Notes: generated by a model from the letters alone, not told the origin. A DNA stretch of 64,000 nucleotides from an uncultured Bacillota bacterium (GCA_963823655.1 CAWGMK010000007.1:225908-289907), one strand, 5' to 3'; shown: positions 40,261 to 50,740, numbered from the stretch's first letter. Made by a program: numbers and translations.

Positions 40261-41370
40261 ATGCGAATAGACTCTATTGAACTCATACACGTCAGGATAC
40301 CATTGAAGGAGCCTTTCAGGATATCCACGGCTGAAGTATCCGAGAAAGACGCGATCCTTTGCATATTGGAATCGGGCGGCAAGACTGGGGTGGGCGAATG
40401 CTCCCCCATGTCGGGCAGCTTCTACAACGATGAGACGCCTGAAAGCTCGATAGCAGCCCTTAAGGACACGCTTGTGCCGGCTCTGCTCGCGGACGATCTA
40501 TCTAGTCCCGAGGATTTCTCACGAACCGCCTCTCATATCGAAGGCAACATGTTCGCCAAGGCGGGCCTCGAGATGGGGCTGTGGGACCTCTTCGGCAGGC
40601 TCTCGGACCGACCGATATATGAGATGCTCGGTTCGTCGTCCGAGGGAGTGCAGTCTGGCCTTGCAGTCGGCATATATGACAATGTAGAGGCCCTTCTGGA
40701 CAGGATTGAAAAGCATTTGCTGGATGGCTATGTGCGCGTCAAAGTGAAGATCAAGCCCGGCTGGGACGCCGAGCCCCTCCAGGCGATAAGGAAGAAGTTC
40801 AAGGGCATTGACCTGATGGTCGACGCCAACGCCTCCTATGCCATGGAGCATGCCGCAGACCTGAAGAGGCTCGATTCTTTCGGCCTCATGATGATTGAGC
40901 AGCCGTTCGCCCAGGACGCTCTTGAGGACTCGGCAAGGCTCCAATCAATGATCAGCACCCCCATATGCATCGACGAGAGCGCCGATTCGATGGGTTCGGT
41001 CGAGCGCGCAATCAAGCTTAAGGCCTGCAGCATCGTCAACATCAAGCTCCAAAGGGTAGGCGGCTTCGGCCCCGCCCTCAAGATGCACAACTACTGCGCC
41101 TCCAAAGGCATACCCGTCTGGTGCGGCTATATGCCGGAGCTGGGTATATCTACTGCCGGAGGCCTTCACATATCCGGCCTTCCTGGCTATTTGTACCCGG
41201 GCGATCTGGAGCCGAGCCTCAGATGGTTTACGGATGACATTACGACAGAGCCCATATCAATGTACCAGCCCGGCTACATAGAAGTGCCAAATGGCCCGGG
41301 CCTTGGAATTGGCCTGGACATGGACAAAGTAAGCAAATACGAAGTCTGGCGAGAGAAGTTCGCAAGATGA
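40261..41370 (+). CDS. o-succinylbenzoate synthase / N-acylamino acid racemase (enolase superfamily)
   Basis: KVKIK, DAN, IEQP, DES, NIK and PGD motifs. No other men genes nearby. Confidence 0.88.
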   Translation: MRIDSIELIHVRIPLKEPFRISTAEVSEKDAILCILESGGKTGVGECSPMSGSFYNDETPESSIAALKDTLVPALLADDLSSPEDFSRTASHIEGNMFAKAGLEMGLWDLFGRLSDRPIYEMLGSSSEGVQSGLAVGIYDNVEALLDRIEKHLLDGYVRVKVKIKPGWDAEPLQAIRKKFKGIDLMVDANASYAMEHAADLKRLDSFGLMMIEQPFAQDALEDSARLQSMISTPICIDESADSMGSVERAIKLKACSIVNIKLQRVGGFGPALKMHNYCASKGIPVWCGYMPELGISTAGGLHISGLPGYLYPGDLEPSLRWFTDDITTEPISMYQPGYIEVPNGPGLGIGLDMDKVSKYEVWREKFAR

Positions 41371-41374
41371 GGAG

Positions 41375-42385
41375 GTGCCTTATATGCCCGCGAGCATAAG
41401 GCAGGCTTTCAGAAACAAGGCATTCGGCAGGGTGTTCCCGGCCGTCCCGATCCCGTGGACTGCGGATGGCAGGATGCACGAGGCGGCGCAGGAGAAGTAC
41501 GTCGAGTACCTAACGGCATCAGGCGTGGGGGGAGCTGCCGTTTGGGCACATACGGGTAGGGGCCTTCACATCCCCTGGTCCGAGAAGATTAAGGTCATGA
41601 AGTCCTGGAGGCAGGGCTTTTCTGACGGAAGGCTATTGATAGCAGGCGTAGGCGCACTGCCCGACAGAAGCCTTTCGGACGCCGCTATGAAGGCCAAGTT
41701 CATGGAGGAGACCAGGAACATGGCAGAAGACGCCGTCTCATGCGGCGCCGACGCCTTCCTTGTTTATGCGCCTATTGCATGGCGCGACGCTCCCGACCAG
41801 GACGAAAAAGTGCTGGAATATCACAAGATGCTCTCCGAATACGGCAAACCGCTGGTGCTCTTCTACCTCTATAAGGAGGCGGGCGGCATAAGCTACAACT
41901 TCGAGCTTCTAAAGCAGTTGCTCGCCCTTCCGCAGGCTGCTGCGATAAAAATCGCCACCCTCGACTCGGTAACAACTTTCCAGGACGTGGCCGCGATCAT
42001 AAAGGCGGAACAGCCGGACCTCACCCTCATAACAGGCGAGGACCGTATGGTGGGCTACACCTATATGATGGGCGCGAAAGCGGCCTTGATTGGAATGGGT
42101 GCGGCTTGCACAAAGCCCCAGGTCTCCATGGCTAACGCCTGGTTCTCGGCGGATCACGCCAAATTCCTGCACGCAAGCGCGAAAGTGGATGCCTTCTCCG
42201 AGGTCACCTTCGCAAAGCCCCTGGACCGCTACATAATTCGCATGCTCTGGTCGCTCGTCGCCGAAGGCATCATACCTGAGGAGGCTGCCAACGACTGCAT
42301 GGGGCTCCAGCTGGACAGAAGCGAGATAGCCCTTATAAAGTCCACGATCGAGAACTTAGGCTGGATGGACTGGTCAGACAGATGA
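41375..42385 (+). CDS. DHDPS/NAL family class I aldolase-like protein
   Basis: TIM barrel pattern with AHTGRG in place of GTTGE, FYLY Tyr, Schiff-base Lys in AIKIAT and TGED. Confidence 0.8.
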   Translation: MPYMPASIRQAFRNKAFGRVFPAVPIPWTADGRMHEAAQEKYVEYLTASGVGGAAVWAHTGRGLHIPWSEKIKVMKSWRQGFSDGRLLIAGVGALPDRSLSDAAMKAKFMEETRNMAEDAVSCGADAFLVYAPIAWRDAPDQDEKVLEYHKMLSEYGKPLVLFYLYKEAGGISYNFELLKQLLALPQAAAIKIATLDSVTTFQDVAAIIKAEQPDLTLITGEDRMVGYTYMMGAKAALIGMGAACTKPQVSMANAWFSADHAKFLHASAKVDAFSEVTFAKPLDRYIIRMLWSLVAEGIIPEEAANDCMGLQLDRSEIALIKSTIENLGWMDWSDR

Positions 42386-43413
42386 GATTCGGCCTTGCCG
42401 GCTTCTCGCACTTCCATGCCCACTCCATGATCCAGGGGATGATGGAAAGGCATGATGTAGAAGTCGTCGCGGTGTCGGAGGCCGATGATGCGCTGTTTGC
42501 CCAACAGGCAAGCGGCTATAAGCTTAAAAGGTACAAAAGCGCCCTGGAAATGGCCGAACAGGAGAAGCTGGATGCTGTGGGCCTTGTAGAAAGGCCGGAC
42601 GAAAGATTTAAGACAGCCGTTGAGCTTCTTGCGAAGGGCGTACATGTGCTCATCGACAAGCCGGCGGCGGTAGAAGAAGAAGCGCTCGGCAAGCTAATGA
42701 ATGCGGCTGTCGCAGGCCCGGGGAAACTTTTCCCTTACTTCACAGTCCGGTACGAGAGGCCGGTTGCCAGGGCGATCGAGCTTATCAAGGCGGGCAAGAT
42801 CGGCAGCATAAGCTCCTTTACCAGCCTTAGGCCTCACAAGCTGCTCAAAGGCATAAGGCCGAACTGGTTCTGGGATATGGCGGGGGGAGTCGCGGTAGAT
42901 CTAGGGATACATGATATAGACATCTACAGGCTCGCCTGCGGCTTGGGCCCAGAAGAACAAGTTGATGCCTTCGGCGCCGCGGGCAACTTCAAGAAGGCCG
43001 GGACGCCGAGTTTTTCTGACAGCGCGCAGTTCATGTTGAGGCCCCTAACAGGGCCATCGGGCTCGTTCCTTGCGGACTGGCTGACTCCGTCGGCGGACCC
43101 GAGGCACGGGGACTGCGCTTATTTCATAGCGGGCACAAAAGGGAGAATTGAGGTAAGGAGCACCGGAGGTATCCCGGGCGAGGGGGAGGCCCTCGTGCTG
43201 GCCCTTGAGGATGAAACTCCGCGCATCATATTGGACGGGCCGGATTCTCCATCCGATATATTCGAGGATTTCGTGAAGACTGCCCACGGAGGGCAAGCCG
43301 GCCCCGGTTGGATAGACCTGGCGGCGGCAAACGGCATAGCAATTGTCGCGGCGAAGGCCTGTTCGGGCGGCAAGGTGGAAAGATACCCCGGCACGAGCCG
43401 GGCATGGAGGTAG
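42382..43413 (+). CDS. Gfo/Idh/MocA oxidoreductase
   Basis: HVLIDKP and GG...DLGIHDID motifs. Confidence 0.88.
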   Translation: MRFGLAGFSHFHAHSMIQGMMERHDVEVVAVSEADDALFAQQASGYKLKRYKSALEMAEQEKLDAVGLVERPDERFKTAVELLAKGVHVLIDKPAAVEEEALGKLMNAAVAGPGKLFPYFTVRYERPVARAIELIKAGKIGSISSFTSLRPHKLLKGIRPNWFWDMAGGVAVDLGIHDIDIYRLACGLGPEEQVDAFGAAGNFKKAGTPSFSDSAQFMLRPLTGPSGSFLADWLTPSADPRHGDCAYFIAGTKGRIEVRSTGGIPGEGEALVLALEDETPRIILDGPDSPSDIFEDFVKTAHGGQAGPGWIDLAAANGIAIVAAKACSGGKVERYPGTSRAWR

Positions 43414-43416
43414 GAT

Positions 43417-44313
43417 ATGTCTTCATACGGCATAATCCACGACGGGGCCAACGGAGAGGAAAGGAGCCGGCAGCTGGCAGGCGGCCTGGTTACCCTGTCG
43501 TCTCTTCTTGGCTCGCTGAGAAATGCCGAGAAAAGGGCGGCCGAGTACATACTCTCGAACACCAACGAGGTCATGTACCTGTCTATAACCGACCTTGCGG
43601 AGAAGAGCGGGACGAGCGAGGCTACAGTGTCGCGCCTGTGCCGCAGGCTTGGTTACAAAGGCTATCAGGAGATGAAGATATCGGCAGCCATGTCGGTCAT
43701 TCCCGAAAGGAAGCAGCTTGATGAGACGGCCAGCGAGTCCGACGATGTGCACACAATCTGTTCCAAGGTGTTTGGCGCGAGCATAAGGGGCTTGAACGAA
43801 ACCCTGTCCATACTAGACCAGGCGCAGCTGGAGGTGGCGGCCAAAGAGCTGTCCGAGGCGAGCAAGATAGAGTTCTACGGCAATGGGGGCTCTGCGGCAG
43901 TAGCCAAGGACGCCCAGCACAAATTCGTAAAGACCGGCATACCGACTGTCTATTACGAGGACGCGCACATGCAGCTGATGTCCTCCTCTTTGATGAAAAA
44001 GGGCGATGTGCTCGTCGCGATATCCTATTCAGGCAGCAACAAGGACATATTGGAGGCCATGAAGGTGGCCAAGGCGGCAGGAGCCTTCGTCATCCTTATT
44101 ACCGGCTTCGCAAAGTGCCCGCTTGCGAAAGTGGCGGACGTGACGCTGTGGGTCTCGGCAGGAGAGACATTCAAAAGCAAATCTTCAAGGTCCAGGATAG
44201 CACAGCTGTGCCTTCTGGACGCCCTGTATGTCGCCGTTATGCTCAAGCTTGGCGGCGGCGGCCTGGAGAGCCTCAGGAAGACCAGGGATGCGGTGGCAAG
44301 GAAGAGATTCTGA
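43417..44313 (+). CDS. MurR/RpiR family transcriptional regulator
   Basis: SEATVSRLCRRLGYKGY HTH plus SIS domain (G.GGS, ISYSG). Confidence 0.93.
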   Translation: MSSYGIIHDGANGEERSRQLAGGLVTLSSLLGSLRNAEKRAAEYILSNTNEVMYLSITDLAEKSGTSEATVSRLCRRLGYKGYQEMKISAAMSVIPERKQLDETASESDDVHTICSKVFGASIRGLNETLSILDQAQLEVAAKELSEASKIEFYGNGGSAAVAKDAQHKFVKTGIPTVYYEDAHMQLMSSSLMKKGDVLVAISYSGSNKDILEAMKVAKAAGAFVILITGFAKCPLAKVADVTLWVSAGETFKSKSSRSRIAQLCLLDALYVAVMLKLGGGGLESLRKTRDAVARKRF

Positions 44314-44332
44314 TGATGGAAGTGATTTTCTG

Positions 44333-45301
44333 ATGACGGAAGTATTGGTTTCCTCGACGTCATTCATGACCGGCTGCGGCAGGGCGTTGAAGATGCTAAA
44401 GGATAAGGGGTACGCGATCAGGACGAACCCCTCCGGCAAACCCATGGAGGCGGACGCGCTTAAAGCCGCTCTTGTTGGCTGCGACGGAGTGATCGCGGGG
44501 CTGGACAAATATGACGGGGGAACAATAAGGCAGTCGGAGGGCCTGAAGGTAATCTCCAGGTATGGCGTGGGCGTTGACAATGTGGACCTTAAAGCCGCGA
44601 CAGAGTGCAAAATACCGGTGGCCGTAACGCCTGGAGCCAACACCGAAGCCGTCGCCGACCTGGCATTTGCGCTCATGATGGCAACGGCGAGGAGCTTAGT
44701 CAAGGCGGACTCCCTGACCAGGGCGGGCGGCTGGCCCAAGATCTTCGGCAGCTCCGTTTGGGGCAAGTGCGTAGGTGTGGTCGGCACCGGTGCCATTGGC
44801 AGGGCATTCGCAAGAAGGCTTACGGGCTTTTCCGCGAGGATAATGCTGTTCGACGTCAAAGAGGATGCCGATTTTGCGAAAAGCGTCAACGGAGAATATG
44901 TGACACTGGAGAGACTGCTTGGCGATGCCGACTTCGTGTCCGTACATGTACCTCTCAACGCCGCGACCAGGGGAATGATAGGCAAGATGCAGCTGGCGAG
45001 CATGAAGAGCACCTCCTACCTTATAAACACCGCAAGGGGCGGCATAGTAGATGAGGAGGCCCTTGCCGACGCGCTGGAAGAGGGAGTAATCGCGGGGGCG
45101 GGAATCGACGTCTACATGCATGAGCCGCCCGCAGGCTCGAGGCTGGCACTGTCGGACAAGGTGGTCATGACACCTCACATGGGCTCCTATACCAGGGAAT
45201 CCGTCGAGATGATGGGCATGATGGCGGCCGAGAACCTCATAGACGCGCTTGAGGGGAGAAAGCCGAAGTATTTGGCAAACCCGGAGGTCTACACTAAGTA
45301 A
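44333..45301 (+). CDS. D-isomer 2-hydroxyacid dehydrogenase (phosphoglycerate dehydrogenase-like)
   Basis: RYGVGVDNVD, GTGAIG, NTARGGIVDE, EPP and TPHMG motifs. Start ATG 44333. Confidence 0.92.
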   Translation: MTEVLVSSTSFMTGCGRALKMLKDKGYAIRTNPSGKPMEADALKAALVGCDGVIAGLDKYDGGTIRQSEGLKVISRYGVGVDNVDLKAATECKIPVAVTPGANTEAVADLAFALMMATARSLVKADSLTRAGGWPKIFGSSVWGKCVGVVGTGAIGRAFARRLTGFSARIMLFDVKEDADFAKSVNGEYVTLERLLGDADFVSVHVPLNAATRGMIGKMQLASMKSTSYLINTARGGIVDEEALADALEEGVIAGAGIDVYMHEPPAGSRLALSDKVVMTPHMGSYTRESVEMMGMMAAENLIDALEGRKPKYLANPEVYTK

Positions 45302-45316
45302 CAAGGAGGGCTGGAT

Positions 45317-46381
45317 TTGGGAAAAGTTAGAGTCGGCATAGTCGGATCGCGTTTTGCGGCAGGGCTTCACGCCAGGGCATATGCAAGATGCCAGGGCGCG
45401 GAAGTGGTCGCAGTGGCGGCGCCCGATAATCTCAATGAGTTCGCTGACGAGTATTCCATACCTAAGAGGTATTTGGATTACAAACAGATGCTCGCCCAGG
45501 AGCATCTGGACCTGGTAAGCATCTGCGTCCCGAACTTCCTGCATTACCCCGTTGCTATGGACTGTGCGGAGGCCGGCGTGAACGCGATCAGCGAGAAGCC
45601 GCTTGCCACGAAGCTTGAGCACGGAGTGGCAATGGTCGAGAAGTTCAAGCAGAAGGGCCTGAAGCTGTTCTACGCCGAGGACTGGCTGTTCGCGCCCGCC
45701 ATCAAAAGGGCATTGCAGATAATAAAGGAGGGCGCGATAGGCGAGGTGTACTTCATCAAGGCGAAGGAGACACATAACGGCTCGCACTCGCCGTTCGCCT
45801 CGAAGCTGTCAACTTGCGGCGGAGGTTCCATGATCCACCTGGCAGTGCACCCGGCCGCCTTCATTGCGATGGTTGCGGGCTCTAAGCCTTGCGAAGTCAT
45901 GGCAATGAACACAGAGGGGCTCGACAAGAACTTCGTCCATAAGAACTTCGAGGGCGAAGATTGGGGAGCCTCCCTGGTCAAGTTCGAAAACGGCGTGAGG
46001 GCCATCATTGAGGGCAACTACATTACGCTAGGCGGCATGGACGACAGGATAGAAGTCTACGGTTCGAAGGGAAATCTGCACATAAACCTCACTCAAGGCT
46101 CGCCTTTGCAAGTCTACAGCAGCGCGGGCTACTCCTATGTAGTTGAGAAGGCCGACATGTCCGTCGGCTGGACCAGGCCCGCTGTTGACGAGGATGCGGG
46201 CTTAGGCTACGTAGATGAGATCAACGCTTTCGTAAAGGCAGTGGCAGAGGGCCTGCCGGCGCCCGATGGCGGAAGCGGAGCGGACGGTCTTGCGGCGCTT
46301 TCGATAATACTGGCGTCATATGAATCCGCAAGGCTCGGCAAATCGGTCAATCCACAAGTATTATTGAAGGAGCTGATGTAA
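45317..46381 (+). CDS. Gfo/Idh/MocA oxidoreductase
   Basis: GIVGS, PNFLH, EKP and GGG...HLAVH motifs. Confidence 0.9.
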   Translation: MGKVRVGIVGSRFAAGLHARAYARCQGAEVVAVAAPDNLNEFADEYSIPKRYLDYKQMLAQEHLDLVSICVPNFLHYPVAMDCAEAGVNAISEKPLATKLEHGVAMVEKFKQKGLKLFYAEDWLFAPAIKRALQIIKEGAIGEVYFIKAKETHNGSHSPFASKLSTCGGGSMIHLAVHPAAFIAMVAGSKPCEVMAMNTEGLDKNFVHKNFEGEDWGASLVKFENGVRAIIEGNYITLGGMDDRIEVYGSKGNLHINLTQGSPLQVYSSAGYSYVVEKADMSVGWTRPAVDEDAGLGYVDEINAFVKAVAEGLPAPDGGSGADGLAALSIILASYESARLGKSVNPQVLLKELM

Positions 46382-47563
46382 ATGAGCGCACCAAAGATTA
46401 AGTTCGCAGGCCTTGAACTGAAGAACCCCTTCGTAATAGCATCCGGTCCCGTCTCCTCGTCCTTAAGGAAGGTAAAAAGATGCGAGGAATTTGGAGCAGC
46501 CGGCGTCTCCTTGAAGCTTACTCTTCAGAAGCAGCCCTGGAAGGCGCAGCTGAGGATGTACTCGATTCCCGGCGAGGTCAGCATAGTATGCCACGACAAG
46601 AGGCTCGACGAGGACGAGGGCATAGAGCTAATCAGCCAGTGCCGCCAGGAGACGGACCTTGTCATATTCGCCAACATGGGCCACATCGGAGAGGACATCG
46701 AAGGCTGGCAGAGGCTGGCCAGGGAGCTTGAGAAGGCGGGGGCCCACGCCCTGGAACTCAACCTCATATGCCCCAACCTGACATTCTCGCAGAAGCGCAT
46801 GGGACAGGCAGTAAGTTCATCGTACGGAGCAGCCGCGGGCCAGAATCCCGAGGCATGCTACAAGATAGTCAAAGCCCTTAAAGAGGCAGTCAAGATTCCG
46901 ATAATACCCAAGCTAACACCCAACGTCAGCAATATCGCGGACACCGCTCAGGCCTGCGAAGACGCTGGCGCGGACGGCCTTTGCCTGGCCGGCGGCCAGT
47001 CATCGCTGCCGAGAGTAGATATCGAGCACGGCGGCAAGCCCCTGTATCCGCTACTTGACGGTGCGTCTTTCGGAAGCCTGGGCGGGCCGGTCGCCCTCAC
47101 CCAGTCGTTCGCACTTGTCGCCCAGGCGGCAAGGGCCGTGAAGATCCCGATCATCGGAGGAGGCGGCCTTGCGACATGGCAGGACGGCGTCAACTTCATG
47201 ATGTGGGGCTCGACCCTGGTAACCGCCTGCACAGAGCCCATGTGGAGGGGCTTTGGCGTAATAAGGGACATCGTGGACGGCATGGAGAAGTTCCGCGTAG
47301 GCCACGGTTATGCCAGCTATCAGGACATGACGGGCCTTGCGTTGCCCTACCTCAAGATAAGCAAGGAACTAAAACCCGACCAGGCAGTCGCAATAATTGA
47401 CCACGATGCGTGCATCAACTGCATGAACTGCGTGGAGCTCGGCCACTGCGACGCCATCACCGAGAAGAACGGCTCTCCCGTCGTGGACGAGTCCCAGTGC
47501 GTAGGATGTGCCATCTGCGTCGAGGTATGCCCGGTGAAGTGCATCTCGATGAAGAGGCAGTAG
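46382..47563 (+). CDS. dihydropyrimidine dehydrogenase PreA-like FMN protein with 2x[4Fe-4S] C-terminal domain
   Basis: KNPF..ASGP, ELNLICPN, KLTPN, IIGGGG, CINCMNC...C and CVGCAICVEVCP motifs. Confidence 0.85.
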   Translation: MSAPKIKFAGLELKNPFVIASGPVSSSLRKVKRCEEFGAAGVSLKLTLQKQPWKAQLRMYSIPGEVSIVCHDKRLDEDEGIELISQCRQETDLVIFANMGHIGEDIEGWQRLARELEKAGAHALELNLICPNLTFSQKRMGQAVSSSYGAAAGQNPEACYKIVKALKEAVKIPIIPKLTPNVSNIADTAQACEDAGADGLCLAGGQSSLPRVDIEHGGKPLYPLLDGASFGSLGGPVALTQSFALVAQAARAVKIPIIGGGGLATWQDGVNFMMWGSTLVTACTEPMWRGFGVIRDIVDGMEKFRVGHGYASYQDMTGLALPYLKISKELKPDQAVAIIDHDACINCMNCVELGHCDAITEKNGSPVVDESQCVGCAICVEVCPVKCISMKRQ

Positions 47564-47628
47564 GGCAAGAGGACAAGCTTGCCTCAAGCAGCCTGAAAGG
47601 GGCGGAAGCCCTTAAGGAGGACCCTAGC

Positions 47629-48357
47629 ATGCTTAATTACAGGAACAGCTACCTCGATGTCGAGAAGGCCAAACCGGAGATCGCGCTGTTTTCCATAGGC
47701 GCCATAGAGCAGCACACTGCCGTCCTGCCGCTGGGCACGGACACGATGATAATCGATGAGATCGCGGACAGGGTTGGCCGGAAGCTTGGGGCGTATGTAG
47801 TCCCGACGATACCGTTCGGCACCAGTTACGAGCACCGGGGCTTCCCGGGCACCGTATACATCAGGCCCGACACCCTGTACAAGATGATCAAGGAGATGAT
47901 CACATCCTGCTATGACGCCGGCATAATGAAGGCGGCGGTCATGCTGGGGCACGGTGGCTTGTGGATGGTCAAGCCAGCCATAAGGGATTTGAACTTCGAA
48001 AGGCCGGACGGGACTGCGATCTGGCTTTGCCCCTTCGACAAGGCGGCAACGCTTCTAAGAGGAACAATAGATACGATTGACAAGGAGATCCATGCGGGAG
48101 AGTTCGAGACATCTGCCATCATGGCGATAGACCCAACGGCCGTGAACATGCAGTATGCAAGGGATTTCGAGCCCGATGCCGGGCGCGAGTACCTCGACTA
48201 CGTCCCCATGAAGGCTATCAGCCCCGAAGGGACCTGGGGCTGCCAGACGTCCTCCACGCCCGAAAAGGGTGAGAAGGCCCTGGGGATTCTTACCGAGGCG
48301 ACGGCGCACTATATAAAATCGACGTTCGCGAAACTTGATAGCATCAAAAACAAATAA
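47629..48357 (+). CDS. creatininase / creatinine amidohydrolase family protein
   Basis: EQH...LPLGTD, EH.GFPGT, GHGG and HAGEFETS motifs. AAGGAGG RBS before ATG 47629. Confidence 0.88.
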   Translation: MLNYRNSYLDVEKAKPEIALFSIGAIEQHTAVLPLGTDTMIIDEIADRVGRKLGAYVVPTIPFGTSYEHRGFPGTVYIRPDTLYKMIKEMITSCYDAGIMKAAVMLGHGGLWMVKPAIRDLNFERPDGTAIWLCPFDKAATLLRGTIDTIDKEIHAGEFETSAIMAIDPTAVNMQYARDFEPDAGREYLDYVPMKAISPEGTWGCQTSSTPEKGEKALGILTEATAHYIKSTFAKLDSIKNK

Positions 48358-48368
48358 GGAGGGGTAGA

Positions 48369-49539
48369 ATGAGAAGGGCAATTACCGTTCTGGCGTGCAT
48401 CGCGCTATTAGTGTCGGTCGGGATTAACACGTATGCTGCTCCCGAGCCGATAGTCATCGGTTTCATAACGGCTCTTACTGGCGGGACCAGCCTCTGGGGC
48501 AACCAGGAGCGCAACGGCGCGGTATTGGCAGCTGAGGAGATCAACGCCAAGGGCGGCATCCTCGGAAGGCCGATCAAGCTGATCGTCTACGACCACAAGG
48601 GCCAGCCCGCAGAGGGCGTTTCCGCATACCGCAGGCTCGTTGACGAAGACAAGGCCGTCGTAATCGGCGGAACCCACTTCAGCAACATAAGCCTCGCGAT
48701 AGCACCCGTAGCCGAGCAGAAGAAGGTACCGATCATAGGGCAGGCAATAGAGCCCAAGGTCACGGTGCCCGAGCCCGGCAAAGTTAACATGTACACCTTC
48801 CTTGCTCAGCCCTCATCGGCGCAGCAGGGCCAGATGATGGCGAGGTTCGCCTTCGAGAACCTGGGCGCCAAGAGCGCGGCATGCCTCAGTCGACAAGTCG
48901 AATTCCTATTCGACGTCGCAGGCCGAAGCCTTCAGGGACTACTTCGTATTCAGGGGCGGCACCGTAACCAACTACATCGAGTACGCGGCCGGAACCGTTG
49001 ACTACAAGGCGTTCCTGACCCAGATCAAGCCCAAGAACCCTGAAGTAGTGTATCTGCCCCAGTACGCCCAAGCAGGCGGCTTGCAGGTGAAACAGGCCAT
49101 AGAGCTCGGCATCAAGGCCAAGTTCATCGGCTCCAACAGCCTCTCGGACCAGAACTACATCGACGCATGCGGCGGCATAGTCAACGCCGCGGGCACATAC
49201 CACTTGTTCAACGTCAACTTCGCCGATGCGAAATTCGCCCCGTTCCACAAGGCATATGAGGCGAAGTACGGCGAAAAGGTCCAGACATACCACGCGGTGT
49301 TCGGCTACGACGACCTCTACCTAATCGCCAAGGCAATAGAGATCGCGGGCAAGGCTGAGCCCGAGGCAATAAGGACCGCACTCGAGAACCTGAAGAACAT
49401 ACCGATACTGGCAGGCGACGGGCTATTCACCATGAACCCCGCGACCCACCAGCCGGTAAATATGCCATCGTTGGTATTCGTATGGAACCAGGACAGCACC
49501 AGAAGCCCGTTAAGGTTCATCTACCCCGGCGAAAAGTAA
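48369..49539 (+). CDS. HAAT (LivJ-like) ABC substrate-binding protein; frameshift ~48888
   Basis: ALTG, EEINAKGGILGR and GYD motifs. ORFs 48369 and 49048 join after removing one base. Confidence 0.85.
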
Positions 49540-49558
49540 ATCAAGGAGGCGCGGAAGA

Positions 49559-50716
49559 ATGAGGAGAGCACTTATCATCATCGCAGCGGTCGTTGCCATT
49601 GCGTCGCTGAGCGTTGGCGGCGTATTCGGCGCCGACCCGATACTCATCGGTGAGATCGCAGCCCTTACAGGCGCTACCTCACAGCAGGGCCTGCAGGAGA
49701 GAAACGGCTGCATACTGGCAGTTGAGGAGATCAATGCCGCAGGAGGCCTTCTGGGAAGGCAGATCAAGCTCGTAACCTATGACTTCAAGGGCCTGCCGGC
49801 TGAGGGCGTCTCCGTGTATCGCCAGCTCGTGCAGGAAGGCGCGAAAGTCATAATCGGGACCAACTTCTCCAATGTCAACCTGGCAATCGCCCCGGTCGCC
49901 GAGCAGCTCAAGATACCCGTGGTATCAAACGCAATCGAGCCAAAGGTGACCATACCGGCAGCCGGCCAGATCAACAAGTATCACTTCCTCACGCAGCCCA
50001 GCGCCATCGAGCAGGGCGCAGTTGTAGCCCGTTTCGCCCTTGAGGGCCTCAAGCTGAAGACGGCAGCCTGCCTGGTCAACAACGGCAACTCGTTTGCCAC
50101 CTCCCAGGCCGAAGCCTTCAGGGACTACTTCAATGCCCATGGCGGCAAGGTAGTCGAGTACATCGACTACGCGACCGGCCTTCTGGACTTCAAGGCCCTT
50201 CTTACAAGGATCAAGGCATCCAACCCTGATTGCATTTACCTCGGCCAGTACGCCCAGGAGTCTGGCCTGCAGGTCAAACAGGCAAGGGAGCTTGGAATCA
50301 AGTCCACCATAGTAGGCAACAACACGCTCAGCACACCGGTGTTCATCGAGACCGCCGGCGGCGCGTCCGTAGTCGAGGGCTCTTACTACGTAGTAGGCGT
50401 CAACATGGCAGAAGCCAGACAGGTCGCCTTCAACGAGAAGTACACCAAGAGGTTCGGCGAGCCGATAATCACGACCAACGTCCAGTTCGGCTACGACAAT
50501 ATGTACATAATCGCAGACGCCATCAAGAGGGCTGGCTCGGCTGAGCCTGAGGCGATACGGACGGCGCTCGAGACCACCACAAAGGTGAAGATACTGCAGG
50601 GCGACGGCAGCATAACGCTCGATCCCAAGACCCACAGGCCGGACAATATGCCGCTGTGGATATTCAAATGGGAAAATGGCAAGACCGTACCGCAGAAACT
50701 GTATTATCCTTATTGA
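49559..50716 (+). CDS. HAAT (LivJ-like) ABC substrate-binding protein, paralogue of the previous gene
   Basis: EEINAAGGLLGR and the same architecture. Confidence 0.9.
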   Translation: MRRALIIIAAVVAIASLSVGGVFGADPILIGEIAALTGATSQQGLQERNGCILAVEEINAAGGLLGRQIKLVTYDFKGLPAEGVSVYRQLVQEGAKVIIGTNFSNVNLAIAPVAEQLKIPVVSNAIEPKVTIPAAGQINKYHFLTQPSAIEQGAVVARFALEGLKLKTAACLVNNGNSFATSQAEAFRDYFNAHGGKVVEYIDYATGLLDFKALLTRIKASNPDCIYLGQYAQESGLQVKQARELGIKSTIVGNNTLSTPVFIETAGGASVVEGSYYVVGVNMAEARQVAFNEKYTKRFGEPIITTNVQFGYDNMYIIADAIKRAGSAEPEAIRTALETTTKVKILQGDGSITLDPKTHRPDNMPLWIFKWENGKTVPQKLYYPY

Positions 50717-50740
50717 TTAGAATAGGTTAGAAGCCTGTAG

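Noticed and set aside
40261-41370. Calling this gene menC
   Set aside because: No menaquinone context, and the subfamily is often an N-acylamino acid racemase.
44185-45787. Long minus-strand ORFs (275 and 363 aa); likewise 52309-53319, 57026-58030 and 19207-20040
   Set aside because: Shadow ORFs opposite well-supported genes, common in GC-rich coding DNA.
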